Below, in pieces: positions 14,796 through 28,453 of a stretch of DNA of 64,000 nt (position 1 is its first letter; each line of letters starts with the position of its first letter). Under the pieces are notes generated by a model. It ran no database searches. It was not told the origin of the DNA and saw only the letters and a list, made by a program, of their open reading frames with translations. The translations under genes and the position numbers were made by a program. This DNA is from Balanoglossus misakiensis (lineage: Eukaryota; Animalia; Hemichordata). The stretch lies in contig CM082579.2 of assembly GCA_040954595.2 (NCBI GenBank), positions 1,749,908 to 1,813,907 of the forward strand. Reading direction: 5' to 3'.

Positions 14796-17700
14796 GAAAA
14801 ACAGGAATTAGGTTCCTTTCTCTTGAAAAGACATTCCACGGAAAATTTGCTCTCACAATGTTAACCGATTAATTGGCGCTTATCTTCAATTGCATAATAT
14901 CAAAATTTAACTCTGATTTTCCAGGGAATAATACACTTAAGGATGATTTATTACTGCCTTTTTCCGAGCTAAAAATACATCATTTTATGTCTCAATTTTA
15001 TAGTTGACTGTTATAAACTAAAAGAGAGTTCATATTGCCCGAGGAGACGAGGCGACTTCAATATCAATGGAAAGCAATGTTCAAAAAGCAAGCACATGAT
15101 CAATGAACAATTTTCCATAATGTTTTCTTTCTGATCTAGTTTAAATGGTCGTCATTTTATTTCGTATGACCTTTGACTCCATGAGATGATGAGACACTGT
15201 CCCTACAAACAGGGCGTGGAAAAATACACCGGCTCTTCGTAAGATCACAGACGCGTGACTCTCGTCGAGCCGAAGACATTTAACGGCTAGGTATGGATAA
15301 AGAATACTGATGAACGCACTTAGGTCTTTTCCGATTCCCAAAGGTGGATTAAATCGTAACTCAAGCTGAAAATGTATGTATAGCGCATTAAAACGCGCCG
15401 TTTACTCGATAACACCAAGCCTTACCACCTGGGAAGCGCGGAACACAATATTTCACCGTTAATCTAGATTCAACGAGTTTTCACCCTCATCAAATATACA
15501 TCGAAAGACAATAAAGTCGCAGTGTTTATTTGGGATGTGTAATATTCAGGTATCTAGGATCATTCTACGATCTTACTCGAAGCGTGACAGGGGATAGAAA
15601 TCAGTCCAGTGATGGAAGCGAGTGCTACTCTTAATCATCAGTATGGACGTACACGTTGACTGGGTATATCGTTTGCTCTGACATTTTCACCTTAGAGTCG
15701 TTAAAACGCTGCGGTAAGCAGTAAGAGCTGTAATAACAGAAAAATATGTCGCATGCATGGGAAAATGTTAAATAGCGCGGACAGAGGAACTTATTGTTTT
15801 ACCGATTGCTGCTGAACACACTCAGAGATGAAACGGTACCACCGAGGTAGTTGCATTACTACATAGTCAAAAGCTTGGATTTAAGTGACATTTGATTCGG
15901 GGAAAGGAAACAAAACGCCAAAAATGAAATACGATGAGGACGAAAAATGTGACCAGAAAATTGGTTACAACTTGAACCAGTCTTTGCTGTCTTTGATTGT
16001 GACCACAACGAGTTCGGACCTGTCTGAGACGTTTGTGTCTTTGTTTGAATACGTCAGTGACGTAAAGTGTGAAAATCAAACATTTGAAAGGCTGATTTTG
16101 AAAAAAAGAAAGGTGACATTTTCCTTGCAGTGAGAAGGATTGACATGTATGTAGACTATGCAGTATCAGCTGACTTCATTGTACATGAAATTGACAATTG
16201 ACCTCAAACTCGACAGGATTTGCATAATAATAACTCAGGTATTTTCATGACCAGACACAAAATAGGATTTCGAATCATGACACTGTCAAATAGCCAGATG
16301 TGCCAACGCTTTCCATCGTGGAGTGTTAAGTAGAGCCAAGGGAAAGTGTCACTTCATACAACTTTGCATAAACATTGTCAAGCTTTTGCATAAAGACCAT
16401 AAAGAACGGACAGTGAGTTTACATTTCCTACTGTCTGCAAGACTATAATGCACAATGCAACTTCGCACTTCGCTACTACAACGAGACAATATCCAGTTAC
16501 AGTAAGACAATAGGATTAGCCTGTAATTTTAATTAATACGAGTACCTATGGTTAATTTAATCAAATTAACATCGATCTGACGACCACTTGCATGTTAAGT
16601 GCTTGTTTCACCGCTTTACTCATTGAAGAATGTGTGTATGAGTAGATTTACATTTCATTCAGTATTACGATGCTACAGTTGCCTCAGTTGAATCGCTGGA
16701 GCTTTAATGGCCCAGTGGTACATTATTGAAAGCTATGCGTAGAAACCCGCCACTAGAAGGGATGTTCATCGCTTCGAGGTACACAACATTGTTTACGATC
16801 GAGAAACCGTAATGGCTAAAACCTCCCTATTATCTGACACGCTAAATGTTAAGGCAAGCGGAGACAAATAACTTCTAGGCGTTGACAATACCGCATTAAT
16901 TGAGACCACCTTCACTGTGGTAAAAACAGTCGTGTTCTTTGATGTATGACATGCACATTTTTCTCCGGCGCAGTGTGCAGCAGTACTTTATCAAAGGAAT
17001 ATTATAACGGTATTGTTGGTTATTCACAGGGAGACTGAGCCATACGTGACCGGGTAATGAAATTGGACCAACGGTTCATATCAACTCCAGCTTCTGAACT
17101 ACGTCATTCGGTTTTTATTACTCGCTACAAACTGTATTTTGTTCCGTCGAGCATATCGTTCGTCGCATCGGTCGGTCATATCTGAGTTTCGCTTTGTTTT
17201 CAGCATTTTAATAGTGTTTCACGCACTGAAACGACATGTTATAAAGAGCTTAAGAGGGACGCGAGGTCGTTGAAAGAGTTTACTATTTACATGCAAAATA
17301 GGCGAAACCTCAACCAGAGCAAACTGAAGGGAGTTGTGAAGGGTTAAAGGTTGGGTCAATCATTCATTTTGACTCCAGTCAGACGTTTGTGGCCGACAGT
17401 TCACTGTGTGACCAAGGACAGTGTTTTCACCTGCACAGGACACTCCACGTTCGGGACTTGCACATAGGGCTGTGTGCTTGCACAATACCGAATGCATTAT
17501 ACATGTACATGTACTAATATATCGAGTTTACTCAGACGTGGTGCTTGCCATTGTCTTCCTCATCAAAACATCATTGAGCACATTTTTGCTCTGTTACCCG
17601 TATCTGAAATTACGCCATCGTCACTTCCACAGCTCAGCTTGCGTTCCTGACTGCCCTACTCTCCGAGGTGCTTATTTTGGAATAAAATCTGATAAATATT

Positions 17701-20700
17701 TTAGCCTCGGAAACATTAATCAGGGTGGTAAAAACAGTGCGTTCCACAATTGCATGTTGTGAGTACGTACGGCACAGGGCATATTTACCTATGTCACTCG
17801 CTCTGATTCACGAATTCAATGTTGTTCAAAAGGCTTTCTGGGCGAATATGTTGACAAGAAGGAGGGGGCACAATGACATCTCGAGAGCAAAGCAAACTTT
17901 GAAAGTTCGGTCAGAATTGCTCTGGGCGAAAAAAATGAATGGTTTGCAAAGCAAACATTTATATCGAGTCTCCGAGTCCGCTAAATCCAACAATAGTTTC
18001 GTCACGGTGTGTTGAGAGCTTGGCGTGGTAAGTTCGTCGTCGCCTTTGGTGACTTCGGTTGAGCGACCGAGAACTTGCCGCCGATTCTCTCACCAGAGCG
18101 GAAATAATCAAAAATGCCAAAAGCTGTCTACTCACCACAAGAACTCTATTTTACCGCCTGAAACAACTCAACATGCATACGTGGTTTCCTTTCGTGTGTG
18201 TTGAGAGTGGAGAATGCTTCATTCCCACGCATGCGCGGACCACGGATCCCCAGTGTTCGCTGTTCGTCTGAATGTACCTAATATTTTGACACTACGCTTG
18301 CAGCAAAATTTTATCCCATTTTGACATTTTAATCAATAATGCAGTCGACCCTTGGGTTTGTTTACTCGATGCCAGCGGTCAAGAACTTCGCAAGTTATAA
18401 ATTGGCGATCTCTTGGAATATATTACATTTTGTTAAATTGTTGCCTTGGTCAGCATTTCCCATTTTAATCGACCTTCGCGAATTACTCTCGTTATTTTAA
18501 ATTATTGTGCAGAATAATGGAAATATGATAATTAAACTTCAACTTATGTTGATAGCAACCTAAAGTCGCCGATAAACTCTGATGCGCGCGAAAATAAGCA
18601 TCTATCACAAATCCAGACGACAGCTTCTTTTCGCATCGGTGAGACCCTTTAATGTTTCGAGACTCCGAGAAAAGTCCATTCGGTTTTTCTTTCTTAGTAC
18701 AGCTACAGAGGGCGCATACTGGATGTAACTCGCACGCAAAACTGTTTGCAGAAGGTATGGTAAGTTGCGCCTATTTGTTGTGAATAGTCATACTTGGAAT
18801 TCCGCGGATGCAAACCAAACACAAGAACACCAGTAGGTGACCTACGACCTCCGTATTCTGAGTTATGCATTTTTTGTAACTGTATATTGTGAAAACCATT
18901 CAGGATAACGCGGTCACGCATTATAAACACGCTGACTGGTCGGGATATCGCGATCGGCCATTGCACCACACAAGACGGACAAGACAGCGCGAGCTATTTC
19001 AGTTTCTTCGTCGTATGTGTTTACAACACAATCACACGGCGTTAGTTTGAATAGTCAGGCAAGAATACAAATGTACTTTGTCACACTAGCTAATTGAGTA
19101 CTCCGTTATGACTGAACGCTCGGCTTCTTCAGCGCAGTTTTACCTGAGTGTAGTTGGCAAGCTAAGAGTGAGGAAAGGGGCTCAAATTTCTTACCTACAC
19201 GAGCGAAAAGCTAAGCGCTAACGCATTTGCAATTTCAATAACAAAATCTCTTCGCGCCATTAATTTTGTTTGTGTGATGATGTAGTCACCAACTTTGCTC
19301 GATTGACATTCAGGCGAGTGGATGATCACTCTTGCTGAAGCATCTGTGGGGTAAAAGTTTACTGGTACATTACGTCACGAATCCAGCTGAAATAAACGAA
19401 TACGTTGAGGCCTCGATGACCCCGAGAGGGCGACATTTCCAGCTGGTTCTGAAAATCTGGCTTAATATCGGCGTGTCCTTGACCTTGACGCTTGTCAATT
19501 GGACTAACATCACAACACTCCAGACCATACAAAAGACGATTTTAGGTGAACGCCATGCAACTATGAACTTGTAGAATGAAAATGCGCGGGTTGTGTTATA
19601 TAAACCATCTTTGAACAGTATGTACATTCAGTGCGTACTCAACTTATGATCGGACGTGAAAAATTGTCCAACAGGAAATCCTTTTAGCACTTTGGGGCAT
19701 ATATCCAGTGGCAATATTCATTGGCCACCATCCATGTACACCAGGACAAAAAGTCATGTATTGTATACAGGGTATGAATGGATCCTGCGACCTCAAAACA
19801 TACACGACCTGTTTGGTGAAATTGTTTCAAGACGGTGCGGACACTTCTATCAGCAGTATTCACGTTGCAGATGTTCTAGCGATAATATGGAAATCATTCT
19901 ATTCAAATTACATGAAAATAACCAGCTGTGAAAATACACTCCTCATGATGTTTTCATCACAAAGAGAGTATTTTCTCCCATTACATTTTTGCACCAGGAA
20001 ATATGTACCACCAAACGTTTCTTTGTTGATGTTTTTCTGCAAAATATTCTCGAACTTAATGATGCCATGGCTTCTCGCCTATATTACCAGGAGGGAGGGG
20101 CGGAGAATGGCGATTAATATGGAACCGTCCGGGTTGAAGTCGATAAGCGCGCAGCAGAGGTCTGCCCTGCAGCCAGGAATTCTTTGTAAAGCGGGCAACT
20201 TCGCTGCATTGTACACTGTAATGAATTTACGCAGGGTTCAAAGAAAGCTCGGAGTAACACATGAATAAACGGTACATTTGGCCAACGCTGTATTTTCCTC
20301 TCTACTGTGTTGGATTTACTTCCACTTGAATAACTCTGTCGGTCTAGCAAGGACTGAGAACACATTTGGCCCATCGATTTTGGAGGCTTCCCGCTTTGTT
20401 CCCACTTAAAAGACTCAATTAAAACGCTTAAGACTTGGGTGTTTGGAAACGTTCGGCATGTTGCTTTTTAAAACAGCTGATATCTTTGGCCCATTGCCTC
20501 CAGTATTTAATAGATCTAATCACGTGGTAACTGACCCAAGTTTCGCCACTTCAACTTCAGGGACACAAATAAGTCAGGGCGTGGTTTTGTTCTTTCTCGA
20601 GTGTGTCCGCAAAGTCTTCTGCCGGAGTTCAGAAAAATGTCAATTGCTGCACGTGATCAAAATGATGAGTAGATCAATCTACTTTTAGTAATTAGGCTGT

Positions 20701-21738
20701 TTTGTTCACGGGATAATTGTAACTGTAATCTTTTATACTTGTGATAAAGGGCAAATCTTTTTATAATGACCCACATACACTGCCGTTTCGCGATCCCCAG
20801 GAGATCTGCTATAACTTTGCATGAAGCGCTGTGCGACCTGAATATTCTAAATTTGTTAGAAGTCCCTGCATGGTGCTTGCATACAAGGCTGGTGGATCGT
20901 AAATGGAGAACGGGGACGGACTAAACCATGCATGACACACAATAAAATGTTCTTGTCAAAGCACCTATCAGAAAGGTGGACTCTTTGTCAATTACATGGC
21001 TCTGGTATTTGAACCATTAGGTGGTCCAAGACGCGTCCTCCCGCCTTCATTTCTGGCAGAGATTGTCGTGTCTCGAAACACATCCTGTATCAAGCCTAAC
21101 TGACCGATGTCATCTATGCTAGCAATGCATGTGAACTGTCCTGACCTATGTTTCCTCTATGTTTGTGGGTGGCTCTTGTTCACGACTTCCGAATAAAACA
21201 GGCAGTGTGCGCCATTCAAAAACTACGTGTGGAAGTCCCATCTGTGTGACTGGCCAGCCTGTTGAAGGTCGTCCCCAGTGTGAAATGCGCAAGACCCCAA
21301 ATGGACACCTTCGCTGATCTACCGCCTTCGTAACTAGCCGCCCCTCAAACGCTGCAGTGTAACGTAAACACTCGAAAATCAAATCAACAACACCTATGCT
21401 TTCATGGTCGACACACAAGACTCTCTGGTTTAACTCCATGTCACCTGTTATGTGTCATTAACGAGAGAGTAAACATTTTGAGTTTACTTGCAGGTCGGGA
21501 AGGACACCAAATATATCAGTGTCAGATTGTGTCACTGTGTTTGCAGAAACGTGTCTAGCACTGAAGCAACACGTCATTTGATTAATTTAAAGTACACGCA
21601 GCCGACGATAACAACATGAAACTTCAAGGGAGTGTACATTACACACCACGCACGGACATTACTCTATCGCACAACTTAGGTGTTTCGGGGGCATTTTTCC
21701 TGTCGCAGCTTACACGAAAAAATCATGTCAGTACTCAC

Positions 21739-21954
21739 CGTTTCACACCAAGACCGAAACACCGGAGTCCACCCTCTCCTCAAAACAGTTCAGGACGACA
21801 CTGTACGAGTTCTATGAAAGGCAAGAAATCGAGTCAGTTTCGGACGTACATGAGAAGGGAACGCACCTTATGGCGGCCTTAATAGACAGTACAGCGAACC
21901 GAAGACAATGACAGTCGCTGCAACAAAGAGACGGACGTACATAGACTTTTTATA
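21739..21954 (-). promoter_or_regulatory. Candidate TATA promoter and non-coding first exon, possibly of the THSD1-like gene
   Basis: Minus-strand TATAAAAA at 21954-21947 and a strong CG|GTGAGT donor at 21739/21738. The THSD1-like ATG exon is preceded by an acceptor and so needs an upstream 5'UTR exon. The link between the two is inference. Confidence 0.25.
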
Positions 21955-23184
21955 AACGCTTTTCTGCCAGTCTTTTGTGAGGAAGGGGTTACAGATCCGC
22001 GCACAGAGGTCACCATCTATGAATGTCTTTTCATTTAGGCCAACAATCGATGTCTATTCTACATACATTCACTATGAGTGTCTGTCTTTGTGTAAACGCG
22101 GTGGCACTAGCGGGCCTTGTCAAGCAGTGAAAGTTGTCCCGTCGACACTAGTACATACACACTCTTGCACGTTGGCAAAAAGCAGCCATGATTGACGGTT
22201 TCCTACACGGAGTGACTTGCCTTTTCCTCTGAAACAGTAAACCTTCTGCCCAGGTGTTTATTCAGTCCTAACCCCCAACATAGTATACAGAACATCACCG
22301 TAGGCTAACTGGCTGGTAGTACGCTTTTAAAAGCCTTTCTTCCCAGTCTTTGTGAATGACCGACCACTGAAAAAAAGTGTCCGCTCATGCACTCCGGAAA
22401 TCGAACAACCACTGCGACGTTTGTGTGAAAAGAAGCCCTGCACATCACCGCTGTGATCATTGCGCGCGCAGGAGACAAGCGTCCGAGCTTCCAACGATGC
22501 TGTGGACAGTCTGATCTGACGCAACAGAAGTTTTGGAATCAGATGACATTTGTGGAGTGAGTCCAGCCTCCAACAAACTGCCAGTACAACATAGAAAGGG
22601 AAAGTGTTAATTACTTGTGTAAAATACACTTGATCACGATACAAACGGGGTAACAGGAATTACAAGATATGCGACTGCATATCGACGTTGAAAAGTCAGA
22701 CATCGCTCCAGAAAATATCTTACTGATGAAGTCAAATTGTAAAAGAAGAAAGTAGTCGTACTTATGGTATGAGGGCGCTTTTCATAACAATCGTCCCTGT
22801 GACTTTTAAAAACTGGATCTAAAACGCAAATTATACAACAGCCAAACAATACAATAGAAACCATTTATTAACAGCTGTTTCATTAGAGATTAAATTTATT
22901 TCATTTCAGTTTAAATTGCTGATAACTTTGATTGCACAGGTTGCCCAAATTAAATTCATTATCACTCTCTTGCACAGTAATTAATATTTATTAATGGCAT
23001 CTAATTCTCAGAAAACGTGCCTATATTCAGTTCACATCTGGTTTCTCTAATCCTATGGTAACCCTGACTTTAAGAGCTGCACGCTATAGTGTCAAGATAT
23101 CAAACAAGAATTTTACCATGCATGGTATTTAAATGAAGGGTGATTTTGTCCCTATACATCGATTTGTAATAAATCTTAAGTTGA

Positions 23185-25142
23185 CTAGTTTTCTTCAGAA
23201 GGTTGTCGCCAGCCCATCATCCAATACACCCATCCCTGGGACTCGTTCCCCTTTGACTCTGAACCCACTCTTCGCGGTCTCTCACTTGACTTTTCATCCG
23301 CAAGTTCCAGATCATAGACCCCATTGCACCCCATTCTGTAGGTATAACGCTCCCCGCTATCCCACTGCACTCCGATCCACAATCCATCATCCAGGTTTGA
23401 ATCGACTGTTCCTTTACAGTCCAACCCACCGTCCTGAAATCGAGCAATTTTGTAAAATGAGAGTTGTACAAGAGGATTCCCACATAGTACATTAATTCTT
23501 GAGTGACTCTAGATTCCTGTTAATTAATAACGCTGCACACCGTCTCCGGGTGAAAGATTGTACATTAGCCCCGGTGCTTCACTGATTAAACCAGACCGAT
23601 TCTTCATCAATGATCTACAAAATGTAAATGTTTATGACTTTTGATCTACAAACCTGATTTCCCCAACACCAATCTGTGCTTCTTTCAACTCTATCGCCAA
23701 CGTGCATATCGAAGGCAAGTTTCGGGCCGCCCATTTTCTGCAAAAATACCACGGATTTAGAAAATTATAAACAAGAATATCTTCATGTGATTGCCGACGG
23801 ATTATGAATCAAACGGCATGATTTTGAGCTGCATTTCTTCGTCTATATTTTCATAGCAACTCGACGATTTCTTTTCACCTTTGCACTTCTGAAACAATTG
23901 TATTTCAGTTGTGGTGTCGAATAGATAAGAATCTACACTTTAAGGTCACACTGATCTGTCTGTGATAAGATTTGGGTGTATGAATACATTTAAAACGGAG
24001 AAAATATTAGAAAACGGCACTATACTGACCCACACAATTCTGCCGATGTCACTGGCCCGGACGACAGGTTGCGATTCAGCGGCGGTCAGTTGAATACTCC
24101 CCGTCGTCTGTAACTGTTCCACTTGGCTGTCGCTGACACTTTGCAGTTTGCTGCAAACTTGATTCTTCATCGACACCAGCTCCACGTTGTTGCCATACCT
24201 GACCACTTTCCTGGCATAATCGCAGGCGTTGCTAGCTCCCTTGATATCTTCTTCCAGGATGTTTTCGTACCCGGTGACCATTTCATCTTTCCTGCTGTAA
24301 CGCTCTTTAGTTTCCCTCTTCAGTTTTTCCGCCTGGTCCTTCACCTGTTTGGTCAGCGATTCGATAAGTTGCTCTGCTCTTTCGTCGATTTCTGCCAACA
24401 CTTTTGATTGGCCCTCCTTCAGCTTCTGTCTCACCTGGCGGGCTTCGTCGATGCAGAACTGGATCGCCGAAACCTTTTCCTCGGCGACCGTCATGACTGC
24501 CACGACGTCGTCTCTGCTTTCCTCGCCAGCATCGGCCACATCCATGAAGTCATGGCCTTTGTGGTCTTGCAAAGAGCACAGCACGCATACGGGAACTTTG
24601 CATTCTTTGCAGAAAAGCTTCATCATTTCCCCGTTGTGCTTCTTACAAGTGCAGACAGCTTTAGATCTTGATTTCACCCAGCTCCTGCCGTCTTTCATCT
24701 CCTCTCTGCCGAGCAGTTGGTGTTCTTTGGTCGCTTTCATTCTCTGATGATGTCTGCCGCAGTCACCACAGAGGAAACCTCCGCACTGCAGACAGTAGGT
24801 TGTAGACTGGTCTACGTCCTCCTTATCGCAACTCGAACAGACAATTTTCGCATCTTCTTTTGTCGACTTGTTGTAGGCGCTCAGCGTCTCGCAGATACCA
24901 GCAATGAAGAAGTTGCCCTGCAACCCATCAACGCCATTTTCAGGAATTTGGAAAGGTGTCTGACATATTGGACAGCAGGGATTCTGCACGAAACCCGCGT
25001 TTCTCTCGGCGTAGTTCGTCAAACAGGCGCAGCAGAACGAATGAAGGCAATTCAACACTCTGGGGTCAGAAAAGGTCTCGTGGCATATCACACAGGACAG
25101 GAAATCTGACTCAAGTTGGTCTAGTACGTTTGCAGTGGCCAT
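23185..25142 (-). CDS. TRIM (RING-B-box-B-box-coiled-coil) E3 ubiquitin ligase with C-terminal MIB/HERC2 domain; exons 25142-24030, 23737-23654, 23433-23185; 481 aa
   Basis: C3HC4 RING (CVICH...CLHSFCCAC...CPIC), B-box1 (CSSC...CLQCGGFLCGDC..HH...H), B-box2 (CKKH...FCKEC..PVCVLC...H..H) and a coiled coil. Two phase-0 GT-AG introns join VGDRVERSTDWCWGNQ|DGGLDCKGTV...WIGVQWDSGERYTYRMGCNGVYDL, matching the MIB/HERC2 consensus. Confidence 0.9.
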
Positions 25143-28100
25143 TTTCGGTTTGCTACAGCTGGTGGTGTCACGTGATCCCTTTGCCCTTTGAACTTTGTCC
25201 TTATTTGTGAGCGTATATTGAACTAAAACTGTTTTCCGAACATTCGTACTCGTGGATGCGAGGTGTTTTCCTTCGACGGTGAATCCATGCAGTAAAAACA
25301 GATTAATTTGAGCAATGCCGACCTTTATTTAAACGCTTTATTAAATTGTCATTCCAATCGAACTAAACTTAATTTATTATCATGATGACAAGCTGCACTT
25401 TTCCCGTTTCGATAACTTGTCAATTATAGTTTTCATTGATGGACATTCACTGGGCGTCTCGGAGCATAATGAGTGTAACAGTAGACCTTGAGGGAGGAAG
25501 TGACTGTGTTAGTACTATCTGCATTCTGAATAACTGTACGTGCATTCACCTGCTAAAGGTCGTTCATTTGCCCCCAAGATCACTCCTATTGGCCCTATTT
25601 GATCATCTTAAAATGGCTTCAATGCAGGGCAATCAGGATTGGAAACCATCGATTAAGTCATCCGGCATGCAACAGCGCAATGCCATTCCAGTAATAGAAG
25701 CACACAGTATGATGGGTTATTAAACTCGCCTCGGGTAGAATGAACTGGCGCATTTGACATTAGCTTTTCTGATTTAATCATACGTAGGAGAGGTCAGCCG
25801 GCAATTTCAAGAATTTGTTCTCATTAACAAGTAAAATGTCTAGCGTCGGGAAGCTCTGTTGCGTCGCCACGGAATTGAAACTCGTCCTTGTGTTGCGAAT
25901 GCGATTATTGAAAAATAGATTTCATTCAAAAGTCATCAGAAATTGATCGTGTTAGAATGACGTGACTTTCCATTAATTATTTGATCTTTGAGGGCCAGTC
26001 GTTCAGGCGTTGTAACCCAAGGCAACCAACATCTCCATGATTGTTGAGAACAAATCCATGTGGAATGATGCGAGTCTCTGTTATATCAACGGCGGTCTTC
26101 CGGAGTTCCAGCGCAGACGGTGTCTGTCTTGTTTTCTGTCGACAATTTATTCCAATCCTTTATTGAAATCTTGCCACGTCAAAATATCAGCTGTTCAGCT
26201 GTTCTTCAAGATCGGACCCACTGGCACAGACCGACAGTACAACATAAGACTCCGTATGTAATCACGTGAACTAAAAACGACAAACAGACAATTATACAGA
26301 ACAATCACCCTTTATTAAAACAATACACGTCAGATCCATCGCGGACTTGGATTTGCATACCTTGCCAAATAGAAACAATACTTCCATCTGTGTCGGTCAC
26401 TTTTTAAATTCCGTGACGGTTTATCTCCATCCGCTTCGATTTCCTTGGAAACGGCCTTATTAGAGTTCTCCACTAAAACACATGAATGTGCACGTGTGAT
26501 ACGAAAATTGACTGACCGTCTAAAATGTGAAGGCGATCAAGGTGAATGCACAACCCTAAAAGAAAGTTATCAACTTCACAAATCACGATATCAAATCCAT
26601 TTAGATTTCTTCAAGGTGTCATGTCTGCCAATACAAACTGCACCAATTATGATAACGATGTGTCAAAATTGGACAACAAGGTAATAAATGTCTACTTAAA
26701 TGAGGAATGAAAGACAATTAGGTAGGTTAATAACGTGTCAATGACCATGAAGACACAAGAACACGCTGGAGACACTTCAATGTACTCTTTCGGATTCTAA
26801 AGGTAATAGAAACATGGCTCAGTGACGCTAAGGCCGAGACACAATTATCACAATTATCCGAAACAATTATCACAAAATCAGTAATAATATAGTAAGCGCG
26901 AAGATAATCGAACAAAGTGTTATTATATGAAATTAATTTCAACAAAGTGATAATAGATAAAAATTATTAAATGGTGTGATCGACATAATATTGATGAGTG
27001 GAAATATGTATTAAGGTGGCACTACATAATACATGTACATGCACAATTAAATGCCATACTTCTCATCAAGGATAACGTGGAAACCCCAACAAAACAACAT
27101 TTTCATTTTACTTTGATGAAACTACTTTACTTGAAAATTGGATGAGTTTTCATCCCAATTGGAAAGCGTGCTCATTATGCAAATGACGCTAACCGAGTGA
27201 AATCCAAGGAAAGCTCCAGAAAAGGCAGCGTCCATCAAGGCCACTGAACCGATGTGTGGCGACACTAATTTGTTATCATGCATGCTATACGGAGTCTTAA
27301 TTTGGAAAACGGATGCGTTTGAGGTAGTTTTTGGAGTGTATTTGTACGTGGTCATTCGGAAAGTCCAATCAGCGTGCGCATTTTTTAATTTGCATATCGC
27401 AGTGATTAAGCTTGCACAACTAAATCTACATCCGTGCAATTTTATCAAGTTTCTCACTGGCAGCGTTTGTTTTTCTCAAATCAGAAGTGAACATTTTTAA
27501 AACTACTTTTTTTTGTCTCAAGTTCATTCAATCGATCCCTGATTTCAAGTAGCAACACGGTCAAGTGTCTTGTCGTCAATTTCTGAGTCTAGTCAAAGCA
27601 GCTCTCGTCATCCGCCTGCAAAAGCATAGACTTCTTGCAGGGCTCTTGGCCGACGCTAAGCTAATGGCGAAGCCTCTTCTTTTTACGTCCATAATCATAT
27701 ATTACTGTAGTAGATCCGATATACACCCAGTGAGCTAGTACTTATACTAGCTCAGATGAGCGCGCCAACTTCGCACAATAACGGCACGAAACAAATGCCA
27801 AAACGGCAGAATTAATCGGCGATAGTGTTATGGATGGTATTCTGATATGAATTACAAAAGACTATATTAGTGACCAGAATGTCAAGGCTAATCAAAGATG
27901 TTGTACAATTCTATAGACATGTACCGAAACACTTGTTATCTACACCATAGACTGATGAATGTCAATCTAAATCCATGCATATTTAGTTGCTGTGCTTTGA
28001 ATGCACCTTCTTTTGGCCACCTTACAACCTATACGTGAGTTACACAAATCTCATGCACCGACCGAAATTTCAAGATGGCGGAGTTTTTACCTAGATTGAA

Positions 28101-28453
28101 AAAAACGCACGTATGAATGCTAAGTTAAGGTGGCGAACACTCTAAGGCACTCCAAGGCAAGGCTAATAATAGATTGATTGAGTTATCGCATACCATTCTC
28201 TTACTGATATGCGAGAAAAGCGTTATCATATCTTAAACAGTGAAAAATTGTATATGTACTTTCATTTGGCATGTATCAGTCCCATTGAAGATGAGAACGT
28301 TTCCTTTTCTGTATCACAAAACGACACTGTGACTCCGGAATCACTATATCATTAAAGAAAAACAAAACAAACGATCATGATGTACATCAATTAGGAGATA
28401 GACTGGGATTAAATTTATTGGTCCTCAACTTACGCCAGTTCTCTCTCGTTTAC

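Noticed and set aside
19656-20374. Cluster of overlapping ORFs including a 186-aa ORF
   Set aside because: No recognisable motifs in the frames I translated on either strand; no transposase or RT signature seen
24123-25210. Several + strand ORFs over the TRIM gene
   Set aside because: Antisense shadows of the real minus-strand coding exon
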